This document shows positions 13,187 to 27,036 of a stretch of 64,000 nucleotides of DNA, in pieces. The DNA comes from Octopus vulgaris (lineage: Eukaryota), in assembly GCA_951406725.2 (NCBI GenBank), contig OX597820.1, positions 56,854,001 through 56,918,000 of the forward strand. Reading direction: 5' to 3'. Position 1 is the stretch's first letter. Each line of letters begins with the position of its first letter. The notes beneath the pieces were generated by a model. It did not search any database and was not told the origin of the DNA. It saw only the letters and a program-made list of their open reading frames with translations. Made by a program: the position numbers and the translations under genes.

Positions 13187-14200
13187 AGCGTGTGTGTGTT
13201 CGTGTGTAAATATATGCAAGCATCTTGAAGCCAAAAACTGCAGTACAGACTACAAGTAAAAAAAAAAAATCAGCAAAACGAGGTACTGAAAGCCAAGTAT
13301 CCAATATATATATATTAATATAATATATTTATTGAGCTGAAAGTTCAAATTTTGTAATTCTGAGCTTCACGTCCGCAGTTGTCAAACAAAATCTGAGCAA
13401 TGTAGCGAGTGGGACTTTAAAGGAATATTGCTAACACAAGAACAAAATATACACAAAAAAAAGAAGCATTTTATTGGTTTCATGTGTAAAGATACATTCC
13501 AATTGATAACATATGTATTTCTTTATGCATATACAAAAAAATAATAATAAAATAAAGAGAATAAAAAATAAAAACACACAAAAAAGAATATTTGTTCGGG
13601 GAAAATATATATATAAATATATAATTATAAAATAACGAGGCATTTCAGTCATACAAAATGAATGCATATTCGGCCATTGACAAGAACGCCATTCCCACTG
13701 AAATACTACAATGTCAAAGGAAGAAGAAAAGAAAGCAGGGAAGAAAAAAGAGCAGAGAATGCCTCAGTGTGTGTGAGTGTGTGTGCGCGTGTATGTATGT
13801 ATGCATTATGTATGTATGTATGTATGTATGTATGTATGTATGTATGTATGTATGTATGTATGTATGTATGTATGTATGTATGTATGTATGTATGTATGTA
13901 TGTATGTATGTATGTATGCATGTATGTATGTATGTATGTATGTATGTATAAATCCATTTATTTATTATTCCGCTTTCAAAATTTATTTCTATCGTAATTG
14001 TGGACTAACACGATTAACAGATGCTAGATCGGAAACCTCCCTGTCATTGTCTCTGTCTCTGTTTGTGCTTCTCTCTCTCTCTCTCTATTTCTTTCTCTGT
14101 ATATATATATGCACATACATACATACACATACATTTCTATCTGTATGTCTGCTTTTCTCTCTATATATACATATACATATATATATTATAGAGTGTTAGG

Positions 14201-14240
<40 letters not shown>

Positions 14241-14284
14241 TATATTACATACATGTAATACTTCATGTCAGTATTACATGTATG

Positions 14285-14328
<44 letters not shown>

Positions 14329-14409
14329 GTGTTTGTGTGTGTGTCTATGTATATATGTAGTGGGGTAGGCCGATATGTATATATGCAGAAAGGGAGACAG
14401 AGACAGAGG

Positions 14410-14474
<65 letters not shown>

Positions 14475-14555
14475 CCATCTACGTATCATACTTAATGTAT
14501 ATAGACTGTTGATAAGCCAGTCACTTCGGAAAATTCTCCAGATATAATCCTGCAA

Positions 14556-14883
14556 TAGCATCTCTTATGGACGTTCTGTGTGAAAAGCAATAAGTATCAG
14601 ATGGAGACGAAATTTCTTCCCACCAACTGCCAGTCCAAGCGCCAAATGCAGCGCCAAATGCATTTCAACATTTTGGGCCTTTTCCTCAGTTTAGGCCTTT
14701 TGGGCTTTTTCCTAAGTTTTATTCAGATTTCCAGATGCGACGAATTCTGCTATAAACGCCGTTGAAAATGCGCAAAAGAGGCGAAATACATGTAGATTTA
14801 TCGCCGGCCATTGCCGGGACGAATTTTCGTTTCCCTCTTACACCTATTGTGTCTTTCTCAAAGTACTTCCATAAAAGATGTTA
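14556..14883. mobile_element. MITE-like element with about 68-bp degenerate TIRs, flanked by TA
   Basis: Left arm TAGCATCTCTTATGGACGTTC...GACGAAATTTCTTCCC matches the reverse complement of GGGACGAATTTTCGTTTCC...CTTCCATAAAAGATGTTA. Confidence 0.7.
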
Positions 14884-15047
14884 TCTGAGAAGAAATACTG
14901 CATGTATATGTACTTTAATATATATACATGCATACTGTATATATATTTGTATGCATGCACATGCAAATATATATACATACCTAATCCTATATATGTATGT
15001 GTGTGAATTCCTATATATAAATATTATATAGACATACATATATATAT

Positions 15048-15347
15048 CATGTGACCGATCAGGCTCTCAGATGTTGCTACACATCGCTGGTCACAATGCG
15101 CTTCGCATTGTTTTGGCCTTCAAATGACGCCACCCCGCTGGCTAAGCGAGTAGGCCAACAGAAGAAAGAGTGAGAGAAAGTTGTGGCGAAAGAGTACAGC
15201 AGGGACCGCCACCACCCCCTGCCGGAGCCTCGTGGAACTTTAGGTGTTTTCGCTCAATAAACACTCACAAAGCCCGGTGTGGGAATCGAAACCGCGATCA
15301 TACGACTCCGAGTCCGCTAACCTAACCACTGGGCCATTGCGCCTCCA
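15048..15347 (-). mobile_element. SINE family D head with tail type 1
   Basis: GGAGGCGCAATGGCCCAGTGGTTAGG...GTTTCGATTCC head shared with the copies at 25879, 28553, 31100 and 62414; different 3' tail. Confidence 0.85.
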
Positions 15348-15348
15348 A

Positions 15349-15385
<37 letters not shown>

Positions 15386-15491
15386 AAAACTGTACTGGGA
15401 GAAGAAGTAGAAACGAAACGAAACGGAACGAATCGAATCGAATCGACGCTAAGTTACTGGGACGTAAAAACACCAGTATTTTTTTTTACTG

Positions 15492-15558
<67 letters not shown>

Positions 15559-15802
15559 GCAGTAAAAAAAATGCTGGTGTTTTTACGTCCCAGTAACTTA
15601 GCAGTTCGGCATAAGATGGAATAAGTACTAAGCTTACAAAGAATATGTCCTGGGGACCGATTTGTTCGACTAAAAGAGAGAGATAGAGATAGAGAGAGTA
15701 GAGATAGAGAGAGATGAGAGGAGACGAAGTAGAGTGAACAAAGAGGTGGTGCGAAGAGTATGATGAAGTGATTGAATTAGAAAGTGGACGTGGATGAATG
15801 AA

Positions 15803-17010
15803 TAAAATATTCTTTTCTACTCTAGGCACAAGGCCCGAGATTTTTTTTTTTTTGATGGGGGGGGGGTGTCCAGTCGATTATATCGACCCCACTACGCGAC
15901 TAGTACTTAATTTATCTACCCCAAAATGATGAAAGGCAAAGTCGACCTCGGCTGAATTTGAATTCAGAACGTAATAGCAGACGAAATATCGCTCAGCATT
16001 TCGCCCGGCATGCTAAAGTTTCTGCCAGCTCGCCAATAAAATATTATTTTCTACTCTAGGCACAAGACCCAAAATTTTAGGGGAGGGGTCCAGCCGATTA
16101 GATCGACCCCAGTACGCAACTAGTACTTAATTTATCGACCCCAAAAGGATGAAAGGCAAAGTCGACCTCGACGGAATTTGAACTCAGAACGTAGCGGCAG
16201 ACGAAATATCACCAAGCATTTCGCCCAGCGTGCTAACGTTTCTGCCAGCTCGCCGCCCTCGCCAATAAAATATTGAAGAAAGAATGTACACTGTAGGAGA
16301 AAGACAGAATGAAAATAGAATTGGAAGTACAGACAAACGAAATACCGCTAAGTATTTCGCCTGGCTTGCTAACGTTTCTGCCAGCTCGCCAATAAAATAT
16401 TTATTCCTTTATTCCCCACTGGGGTCTAAACATAGAGGGGACAAACAAGGACAGACAAATGGATTAAGTCGATTGCATCGACTCCAGTGCGTAACTGGTA
16501 CTTATTCAATCGACCCCCAAAATGACAGGCAAAGTCGACCATGGCGGAATTTGTACTCAGAACGTAACGGCAGACGAAATACCTATTTCGTTACTACCCA
16601 CAAGGGGCTAAACACAGAGAGGACAAACAAGGACAGACAAAGGGATTAAGTCGATTACATCGACTCCAGTGCGTAACTGGTAATTAATTTATCGACCCCG
16701 AAAGGATGAAAGGCAAAGTCGACCTCTGTGGAATTTGAACTCAGAACGTAACGGTAGACGAAATACCTATTTCTTTACTACCCACAAGGGGCTGAACACA
16801 GAGAGGACAAACAAGGACAGACGAACGGGTTAAGTCGATTATATCGACCCCAGTGCGTAACTAGTACTTTATTTATCGACCCCGAAAGGATGAAAGGCAA
16901 AGACGACCTCGACGGAATTTGAACTCAGAACGTAGCGGCAGACGAAATATCGCCAAGCATTTCGCCCGGCGTGCTAACGTTTCTGGCAGCTCGCCGCCCT
17001 CGCCAATAAA
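15803..17010 (-). repeat. Tandem array of SINE family B, including about 180-bp headless body units
   Basis: Repeated GAAAGGCAAAGTCGACC...GAATTTGAACTCAGAACG units; near-periodic copies at about 16395-16575, 16575-16757 and 16757-16938. Confidence 0.85.
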
Positions 17011-17109
17011 ATATTGAAGAAAGAATGTACACTGTAGGAGAAAGACAGAATGAAAATAGAATTGGAAGTGAAACGAGAGAGTACCGTGAAGGGAATAATG
17101 TAAATAAAG

Positions 17110-17156
<47 letters not shown>

Positions 17157-17304
17157 TGTGTGTGAGTGTGTGTGTGTGTGTGTATGTATGTGTGCACACA
17201 CGCAGATGTATGAAAATATGGATTGATAACTAGATGTATCTATATTTGCATGAGTGTGTGTGTGTGTGTGTATATTTATATATTCATGTATAAATACATA
17301 TTGC

Positions 17305-17433
17305 TCCCCAACCACTTGGTTCCGGTTTCAGTTCCACTGTGTGGCACTTTGGACAAGTGTCTAACGCTATCGCATCGGACTGACCAAAGCTTTGTGAGTG
17401 GATTTGGTAGACGGACGCTGAAAGAAGCCCGTC

Positions 17434-17470
<37 letters not shown>

Positions 17471-17693
17471 TGTGTGTGTGTATTTGTGTGTGTCTATTTG
17501 TCCCCTCCCACGATTGCTTGACAACCGATGTTGATGTTTTTACGTCCCAGTAACTTAGCGGTTCGGCAAAAGTTTTCCGATGGAATAAGTACTAGGCTTA
17601 CAAAGAATAAGTCCTGGGGGTGGATTTGTTCGACTAAAAGGTGATGCTCCAGCATGGCCACAGTCAAATGACTGAAACAAGTAAACAATAAAA
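17305..17693 (+). mobile_element. SINE family A
   Basis: Same two blocks either side of an internal (TA)n(TG)n. Confidence 0.85.
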
Positions 17694-18338
17694 GAACATA
17701 CATAGGTACATGTATGCATACATACATATATACATACATATATGCATGCATACACATACATACATACATACATACATACATACACATACATACACATACA
17801 TACATACATACATATATGCATACATACACATACATACATACATACATGCACATACATATATACATACATACATACACATACATACATACATACACACACA
17901 TACATACATACACACACATACATACATACATACACACACATACATACATACATACATACATACATACATACATACATACAATGTCCAGCAAGCAACAGAC
18001 ATCATTTCTAATATTGGCACAGGGCCCCTAATTCGAGGATAGAATCATTCAAATAGATCGATTCTTGTACTTGACTGGTACTTTATTTGTTCGATTTCGG
18101 AGTGATAAAAATGTAGAATTATTCAGCATTATTTGAACTCATGCCAAATAGAATGTTTATGATGACAGCACAAATTCAAATGAAACGAGAAACAACACTT
18201 TGAGGGTTATGTCTCTCACCGGGACTTCTCTGACTGTCCTTCTACTAATAGCAGCCAAATCCCCTTCAAAAATATCGCTTCTTATAGGTTTGTTCCATGA
18301 GTGAGTGTGTGTGTGTGCATGTTTGTGTGTGTGTGCGT

Positions 18339-18384
<46 letters not shown>

Positions 18385-18595
18385 GTGTGTGCATGTGTGT
18401 GTGTGTGTGTGTGTGTGTGTTTGTGTGCGATGCCCTTGTTTACCAGTTTTAAAAGTGGACACACTGAGCGATAATCCTAGATACACTATGCCTAAAAAAA
18501 AAACGATGAGACACTTTTACAAAACTGTTGATCCAAGATGTCTGTTTAACTGGGGCTGAATCGAGGCTATACAACAGCAATATAGGAATGGATCA

Positions 18596-18812
18596 AGGTG
18601 ACGAGCTGACAGAAATGCTAGCACGCCGGGCGAAATTCTTAGCAGTATTTCGTCTGCCGTTACGTTCTGAGTTCAAATTCCACCGAGGTCGACTTTGCCT
18701 TTCATCCTTTTGGTGTCGATAAATTAAGTACCAGTTGCGTACTGGAGTCGATCTAATCGACTGGCCCCATCCCCCAAAATTTCGGGCCTTGTGCCTAGAG
18801 TAGAAAAGAATA
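18596..18812 (+). mobile_element. SINE family B, near full length
   Basis: Matches 3181-3398. Confidence 0.85.
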
Positions 18813-19219
18813 TATTGAGGGATCTCCATCGTTCAACGATGAGGATTCAGTTGTTCGATCAACTGAAAAAAAAAATCAAGAAAAAACCTGCAATAGAATT
18901 AATGCATAAGTGTCGGAACAACAAACACATGTTCTTTTGTCATAATTTAAAGGGTGAATCAGAATGACTGTGTGTGGCATGACTGCTCTTTTGAATTAGG
19001 GATACAATCTATCTGACGCGCTTTTGTATAGTTTTCTGTCTCCCTAGTTTCACTCACAAATATGGGGTAATCTGAGGGTAGAAAGTAAAAATATTACATT
19101 CGTCCAGGATACCAACTATTGAGACCGAACCTGAGATCTTGTGCTTCCGAAGCGAACTTTTTAACCATTCGGCCATGTTACACCTCCAACTCTCTCTTCT
19201 TTATTTCTCTGTCCATATC

Positions 19220-19256
<37 letters not shown>

Positions 19257-19267
19257 ATATATATATA

Positions 19268-19481
19268 TTCTTTTATTCGTTTACTTGTTTCAGTCATTTG
19301 ACTGCGGCCATGATGGAGCACCGCCTTTAGTTGAAAAACATCGACCCCAGGTCGATTCATTGCAAGCCTAGTACTTATTCTATCGGGGATCTTTTGCCGG
19401 ACTGCTAAGTTACTGGGACACCAACATCGGTTGTCAAGCAATGGTGGTGCGACAAACACAGACACACAAACACATACATAC

Positions 19482-19527
<46 letters not shown>

Positions 19528-19683
19528 TATATATGATGGGCTTCTTTCAGTTTCCGTCTACCGAATCCACTCACATGACTTTGGTCGGCCAGAGGCTATA
19601 GTAAAAGACACTTGCCCAAGGTGCCATGCTGTGGGACTGAACCTAGAACCATGTAGTTCGTAAGCAAACCACACAGCCACTCC

Positions 19684-19684
<1 letters not shown>
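19268..19684 (-). mobile_element. SINE family A
   Basis: Reverse complement of the family A sequence. Confidence 0.85.
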
Positions 19685-19772
<88 letters not shown>

Positions 19773-19913
19773 TTACAAATGACCACTATATCTGGGACTA
19801 TAAAAATCTGCAAGACCTTAAGATTTAAAGGATGGTGGTTAAGACTTTCCTTCACACCATTGCGAATGAGTCGGTGGCCGGTCAAACTTTACTCTAAATT
19901 AAAAAAGAGAAAG

Positions 19914-19974
<61 letters not shown>

Positions 19975-20079
19975 GCACACACACACACACATTTTAAAAA
20001 TATAGTTGACAAAATAGAAACTATCAACATAAGTTGAAGTTTGAATTTAAAATTTAACTGATGGCATAAATTTGTGACT

Positions 20080-20249
20080 AAGTGGCTGTGTGGTAAGTAG
20101 CTAGCTTACCAGCCGCAAGGTTCCGAGTTCAGTCGCACTACGTGGCACCTTGGGCAGGTGTCTTCTACTATAGTCTCGGGCAGACCAAAGCCTTGTGAGT
20201 GGATTTGGTAGACCGAAACTGAAAGAAGCCCTTCTTATATATGTATATG

Positions 20250-20324
<75 letters not shown>

Positions 20325-20545
20325 CTGTGTGTATGTGTTTGTGTGTCTGTGTTTGTCCCCCCAACATCGCTTGACAACCGATGCTGGTGTGTTTACGTGC
20401 TCGTACGCTAGCGGTTCGGCAAAAGAGATCGATAGAATAAGTACTAGGCTTACAAAGAATAAGTCCTGGGGTCGATTTACTCGACTAAAGGCGGTGCTCC
20501 AGCATGGCCACAGTCACAGGACTGAAACAAGTAAAAGAGTAAGAA
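20080..20545 (+). mobile_element. SINE family A
   Basis: GTGGCTGTGTGGTAAGTAG...ACTGAAACAAGTAAAAGAG. Confidence 0.85.
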
Positions 20546-20671
20546 GTTAGTTTTTGCAAATACTTGGAGCCTCTGAGGTTCGATCCCTTTGCGCGGCATC
20601 TTCAACAAGAACCTTCTACCAAAACCTCTACTAAACGAATGTCTTGTGTATGAAATTTTTCTTGAAATATT

Positions 20672-20874
20672 CCCTTACTTGTTGCAGTCGTTTGACAGCG
20701 GCCATGCTGGAGCACCGCCTTAAAAGGTTTTTTACTCGAAGAAATCGACCCCAGAACTTATTTTTTGTAAGCCTAGTACGTATTGTATCGGGGGATCTTT
20801 TGCCGAACCGCTAAGTTACGGGGAGGTAAACACATCAACATCGGGGACAAACACAAAGACACACACACACAAAG

Positions 20875-20907
<33 letters not shown>

Positions 20908-21065
20908 CATATATACGATAGGCTTTATTTAGTTTCCGCCTGCCAAATCCACTGACAGGGCTTTGGTCGACCCGAGGCTATTGTAGAAGACACTCAGTCA
21001 CGGTACCACGAAGTAGGACTGAACACGGAACCATGTGGCTGGGAAGCAAGTTTCTTACCACACAG
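20672..21065 (-). mobile_element. SINE family A
   Basis: Reverse complement of the family A sequence. Confidence 0.8.
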
Positions 21066-21512
21066 TCACGATCGACGGAACTGTAGAAACTCGTGTGTGT
21101 GTATGTGTGAGTAAGAGAGAAAGAGAGAGGGAAATAGAGACAGATAGAGAGAGAGAGAGAGAGAGGTGGAGAGAGAAAGAGAGAGAATTGGAGAGAGACA
21201 TAGTACGCGTCCGTGTTTGTTGTTACACCGGCGTTGTATATGGCCAGTCCGGTTAAGTCCAATAACTTAGTGGTTCGACAAACAATTTTCAACAGAATCA
21301 GGGAAAGAATAAAATAAAACAATACACACGTGGAAAGGCAAGTTATAGGCAAACAGGTGAATGCACGTCCTGTTGGAGAAAATAGCAGCCAAAATCTCCC
21401 TCATGTTACGTGGTACTATCTTCCACATGGAGGGGCTATATTAGGTACCTCTACAAAGATTTCATGGTCATGATGGGAGTGTTTTTCATTTTAGGTTGGC
21501 TGCATAACTCTA

Positions 21513-21559
<47 letters not shown>

Positions 21560-22149
21560 TCGCGCTCGCGCGATGTCCTTGTTTAACTCCCTCATAAATC
21601 TTGGCTGGAAGCTAAATATCTACACGCACACACACACACATACACACACGCGTAAATATATGTATGATGTATGTATATATCCATATATATACATGTGTGT
21701 GTGTGTGTGTGTATATATATAAATACATATGTATAGAGAAGTATGCTTGTTTACGTGTATGTATAAGTATTGTTTAGCCCTAGGTCAAAATTATTTTGGC
21801 ATCACACACACATACACACACACACACACACACACTCACACACACATATTCACACGTTTTATCTATCTCTCTATCAATACACACACACACACACACACAT
21901 ACACACACACACACACACACACATATATGTACATATATACATGTATGTATTTATATAAATGGATGTATATATGTATTTATATATATATATATATATATGA
22001 ATATACATACATAGATTCCTATAGTCATATGTATCATGTACAACCGTAAATAGAACAAACATTTTTGTATGTGTGTAAATTTCGTGTAAGATCTCCGTGG
22101 TGAGGTACAGAACCAGCGAAATAATTATATAAGAATACAGGAAAATAGC

Positions 22150-22581
22150 GATATAACAGAGAGAGAGGGAGAGTGGGGAGGAGAGCGCGCAGAGAGGTGG
22201 GGGAGAGAAAGAGATTTTAGACGGGAAACATAAAGATGAAGCAACGAGGCAGACGCTTTAGCGGTAGAATAGGAAGAAGCGAGAGAGAGAAGATGAGTGA
22301 ACGTTGGTGAATGACGAACGTGAGTGTGAGTGAAGCACGAGTGGTAGCGTAAGAGTGCAAGTAGAGTAAGAGTGCAGGAGAGAATAGAGTTTTATTTACT
22401 ATTTACACCGGTTCGGACAAACGAAGAAGTTAGCCTCATTTTCAATCTAGCATCTGATATTTAGATAGAGAGAAAGTAAAAATATTCCACACACATATAT
22501 ATTTACATATATACATAAATATATGTGTGCATATATATAAAATATATATACATTATTTCTCCTCGATAGAATTTTACTAAG
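22150..22581 (+). promoter_or_regulatory. Putative promoter and 5'UTR of the SLC35F6-like gene
   Basis: SINE-free, GA-rich, relatively CpG-retaining stretch directly upstream of the ATG. The TSS cannot be determined from sequence. Confidence 0.4.
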
Positions 22582-22658
22582 ATGGCCTGGACAAAATTCG
22601 AACACTATGCCGTTGGACTTATGCTAATAAGTGGTACCTTGACAAGTGTGCTGCTAAA
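22582..22658 (+). CDS. SLC35F6: First coding exon of a solute carrier family 35 member F6-like transporter
   Basis: Encodes MAWTKFEHYAVGLMLISGTLTSVLL(K), compared with the recalled human N-terminus MAWTKYQLFLAGLMLVTGSINTLSAK. Strong Kozak context aagATGG. In-frame upstream TAG at 22567-22569. Canonical donor AA|GTAAGT at 22659 (phase 2, 77 nt). Confidence 0.82.
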
Positions 22659-23184
22659 GTAAGTAAACATTTGCCATGTGGTTCTGTATTGTTTGTTAGC
22701 AAAAACTTGTCAAGTTGGTTGTAACGCCGGGTTGATTTCTTGATAGGTGTGTCGTCTCTAGCGACACCGTTTTTACCGTTCATTTTTTTTTTCTCTCTCA
22801 CTTTTTTCTTTTGATTTCTGGATTCTTTGCAGGTCAATGGTCTTTTTTTTTTTGTTTTTTAATACTTTTTTCTTTTAATTCTTTCTTAACTTTTTTTTTA
22901 TCTTTCATTTTGCCGGAACGGCCGAATGTTGAAGGATTATATAACGATGTTACTATAACAATTTTTAACTTGCAAAAACAAAAAAAAAAAAAAAAAAATG
23001 GAAAGGAAAAAGAAAAGGCTTTACCGTGATAATAACGTGGATTTCTTTTATAATAATGATGATATTATCAGCTAAAAAAAGGGAAAAATGAAAAAAGAAG
23101 CGGCAAAAATAACAGGACATCACAGAAAAAAATGTCTTATTTCCTAGAATAAAACCAAAGGATGTGCGTCTAAGTACACACGCA

Positions 23185-23256
<72 letters not shown>

Positions 23257-23438
23257 AAAACAAAAAGCGGCGTATGTACACTTTTGATCTCACACATACA
23301 CACACACACACACACATATATGTATGTGTGTGTGTATGTATGTACATGTATATACACAAACACATTTATATATATGTATATGTATATAGTCATATAAATA
23401 TGTATCTATGTAGATAGATACGCATGTACATGCACACA

Positions 23439-23476
<38 letters not shown>

Positions 23477-23643
23477 TGGTTTGTGCTTTTTGTATGCGTT
23501 TGTGGGGTTGTGCGGGTGTTTTCTTTTTGTATGGTTGACTTTTTATGGTTGTGTAATTATTTACCAACCTTTCATCATATGCCGGTGAATTATTTACATA
23601 GAATTGCTGAAAACAAAAGAAAATTAAAGAATTCCTGTTGCAT

Positions 23644-23696
<53 letters not shown>

Positions 23697-23924
23697 TATA
23701 TATACATATATATATATATATACAAACACACACACATAAACGCGTATATATAATGTTTTATGACCATCCATCGTGTTCTTATTTGCTATGGGAATATAAT
23801 TTTTCGTTAAGCATTTTTTGAAATATTTTTCACAAATTTAATTATTCAGAAACGTCTGATTTTTATTTATTTAATTATATTTCAGTTTATTTAATAGAAT
23901 TTTTATATATATAATATTTTTTAT

Positions 23925-23961
<37 letters not shown>

Positions 23962-23998
23962 TTCAAATATATATATTTATATATATATATATACATTT

Positions 23999-24035
<37 letters not shown>

Positions 24036-25011
24036 TTCAAATTTATGTATATATACATACACATTTCAAATATATATATATATATATACATTTCAAATAT
24101 CTGCATATATATGTATATACACACATGCATATATATATGTATACATACGCGCGCACACTCACACACACATATTTGATTGTTTTTAAAATGTGAGATATTG
24201 TCCCATTGTGAGAAATTATCGTTGCTGAGTAGATATTGTTTAGGCCCAGTCCATCCATGACCATTTCGACCTTGTCCTAGAGGCATTGTATGACTGGGAT
24301 TACACTATCTAATGTGTCTCGTTTCATGTGGAATTTGGCTGCTATTTTTACCAGCTCTAGTATCCATGCTGAGGCTCTCTCGAAGTTGTCGTGATTATTG
24401 TTATAGCTCGAGGCCATTCTGGACTGATTAGGTCTATTCATCAAAAGGTTTCCAACTATGACCAACACGACATTTTGTAGAGGAGGTATCTCGGATTGAT
24501 CTAACGTGTCCTTGATGTAATAATCTATGTCCTTTATTTTAGTCTGCCGAATTCCATCTAAGGGAAATTTGGCAGTTGGGGAAATTTGGCAGTTATTTCT
24601 GGCAGGTCATATGAACACGTTGAAACATCCACGTTGTTTTCCCTATGTAAGTTGCTGTTTTTGTTTAGCCCAGGGCCTGCTTTAATTAGTCACATCTATG
24701 ATCAAAAAGCATCATATCAGTAATAAGCACATTGTCTTTTTGCATGGTTTGAGTTGGTCTACTTTATCCAAGAATTTAAGCGTGGCAATGTGGTGCAGAA
24801 GCTCACATCGAAAACACGTGGTTCTGGTCTCTGTTACATTATGTGGCACCTTCAGCAGGTGTCATTTTATTATCATTTTCTTTCTTCTCCTTTGGCTTCG
24901 AGCTGACCAGTGCAGTGTGACTGGAATGTCATGGTCAGAAACCGTGCTGTATTTTAACTGATATTACGCTTACCTAGCTTTATGATTAGATAATGATGAT
25001 GATGATGATGA

Positions 25012-25224
25012 TCCTTTCTCCTACAGGCAAAAGGCCTGAAAGTTTGGGGGATGGGGACCTATCGATGATATCGGCCCCAGTGTTTCACTGGTACTTAATT
25101 TATCAACTCCGAGAGAATGAAGAGCGAAGTTGAACACGGCGAAATTTGAACTCAGAACTTAAGGAAGGACGAAATGCCACTTGACATTTGCCCGGCGCGC
25201 TAACGATTCTGCCAGCTCGCCAGC

Positions 25225-25286
<62 letters not shown>

Positions 25287-25693
25287 CCTTTCCACTTTAG
25301 GCAATAGGCTTGAAATTTGGGGTGGAGGGGTATCTGATTACATCAACCTCAGTGTTTCACTGGTACTTAACTTATCAACCCCGAAAGAATGAAGAGCGAA
25401 GTCGAACTTGGCGAAATTTGAACTCAGAACTTAAGGAAGGACGAATTACTACTAAGCATTCTGCCCGGCGTGCTAACGATTCTTTTCTTCCCAAGGCACT
25501 AGAACCGAAATTTTGGGGAAGGTGGCCAGTCGATTAGATCGACCCCAGTATGCAACTGCTACGTAATTTATCGACCCCGAAAGGATGAAAGGCAAAGTCG
25601 ACCTTGGTGGAATTTGAACTCAGAACATAAAGACAGACGAAATATCGCTAAGCATTTCGGCCGGCGTGCTAACGTTTCTGCCAGCTCACCACC

Positions 25694-25695
<2 letters not shown>
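25012..25695 (-). mobile_element. Chain of three family B SINEs interleaved with (AAT)n
   Basis: B bodies at about 25012-25225, 25286-25480 and 25485-25695; (AAT)n at 25226-25285 and 25696-25761. Confidence 0.85.
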
Positions 25696-25763
<68 letters not shown>

Positions 25764-25878
25764 AGGTTTTAAATTTCTCCTCGAGAAGTAATTTGAAAGA
25801 AATCTTCCCCCTATTTCTTGTAGGACGAGGGGGTGGAGGACTGATAGTTGGACAAAAGCTCACTGAGATATCAATTAT

Positions 25879-26172
25879 TTTTTATGTGCCCTTTTCAATC
25901 CTAGCCAGGCTCATGGGCCCGGTTTCCCGGTTTCTGTGGTGTATATGTTCCCCCCAGTCCATCGCAGCGTTTCTCAAGAAACAGGAAGAAAGAGCGAGAA
26001 AAAGTTGGGGCGAAAGTGTACAACAGGGGTCGCCACCAGCCCCTGCCGGAGCCTTGTGGAGCTTTAGGTGTGTTCGTTCAATAAACACAAACAACGCCCG
26101 GTCTGGGAATCGAAACCGCGATCCTCCGATCGCGAGTCCACTGCCCTAACCATTGGGCTATTGCGCCTCCAC
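25879..26172 (-). mobile_element. SINE family D head with tail type 2, 12-bp TSD
   Basis: GATATCAATTAT at 25867-25878 and 26173-26184. Confidence 0.9.
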
Positions 26173-26260
26173 GATATCAATTATACTAAATGTAAATAAA
26201 GAGAAATGTATTTATCGATATAAAGCAACGAAACATCGCCTGTGATTCCATCAACGTCAA

Positions 26261-26345
<85 letters not shown>

Positions 26346-26474
26346 GTCTATCTATCTATCTGTCTATCTACCTTTCTGCCTGTCTCTCTATATGTACACG
26401 TGCGCCCATATATATATGCATACATACTTTCATTTATATGCACATACAAATGCAATTACATATTTGCGTGTGTG

Positions 26475-26528
<54 letters not shown>

Positions 26529-26703
26529 TTTGTGTATGCGTATAAACAGATGAATCATGATGTTAAAATTCCTTTCAACCACTTGAAGTATATCAAATTT
26601 TCATCGAATATTTTTTTTTTTTCTTTCAAGTTTTCTTCACTGATGTTATTGTATCACAGTTATGAATGCTGAGAGCAAAAATCGCATTCGTTATTTTCTT
26701 GAA

Positions 26704-26756
<53 letters not shown>

Positions 26757-26998
26757 TAAATGAAAAGTTTGAAGCATTTAAAGTTATGCTATTTTATGGT
26801 GACAATATCTAATACTTCGAGTGGCTGAAAGAAATTTAATAAGATCCTGCCTGTGCTGACGCATCCATCCATATACATGCAAGCGTGCACACACATACGT
26901 TACACACGCGCACGGGTCGGTTTTGTTTATGAATTTACAAGCAACATCATTGCTGACTCCACGCTTGTGACGGATAACGTTGTTTATATATATATATT

Positions 26999-27032
<34 letters not shown>

Positions 27033-27036
27033 TATA

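Noticed and set aside
13329-13431. Possible minus-strand terminal exon (acceptor, 33 open codons, AATAAA)
   Set aside because: No recognisable homology or partner exons; expected by chance in AT-rich DNA.
15803-17010. CRISPR-like periodic array
   Set aside because: Units are SINE bodies without unique spacers; eukaryotic context and no cas genes.
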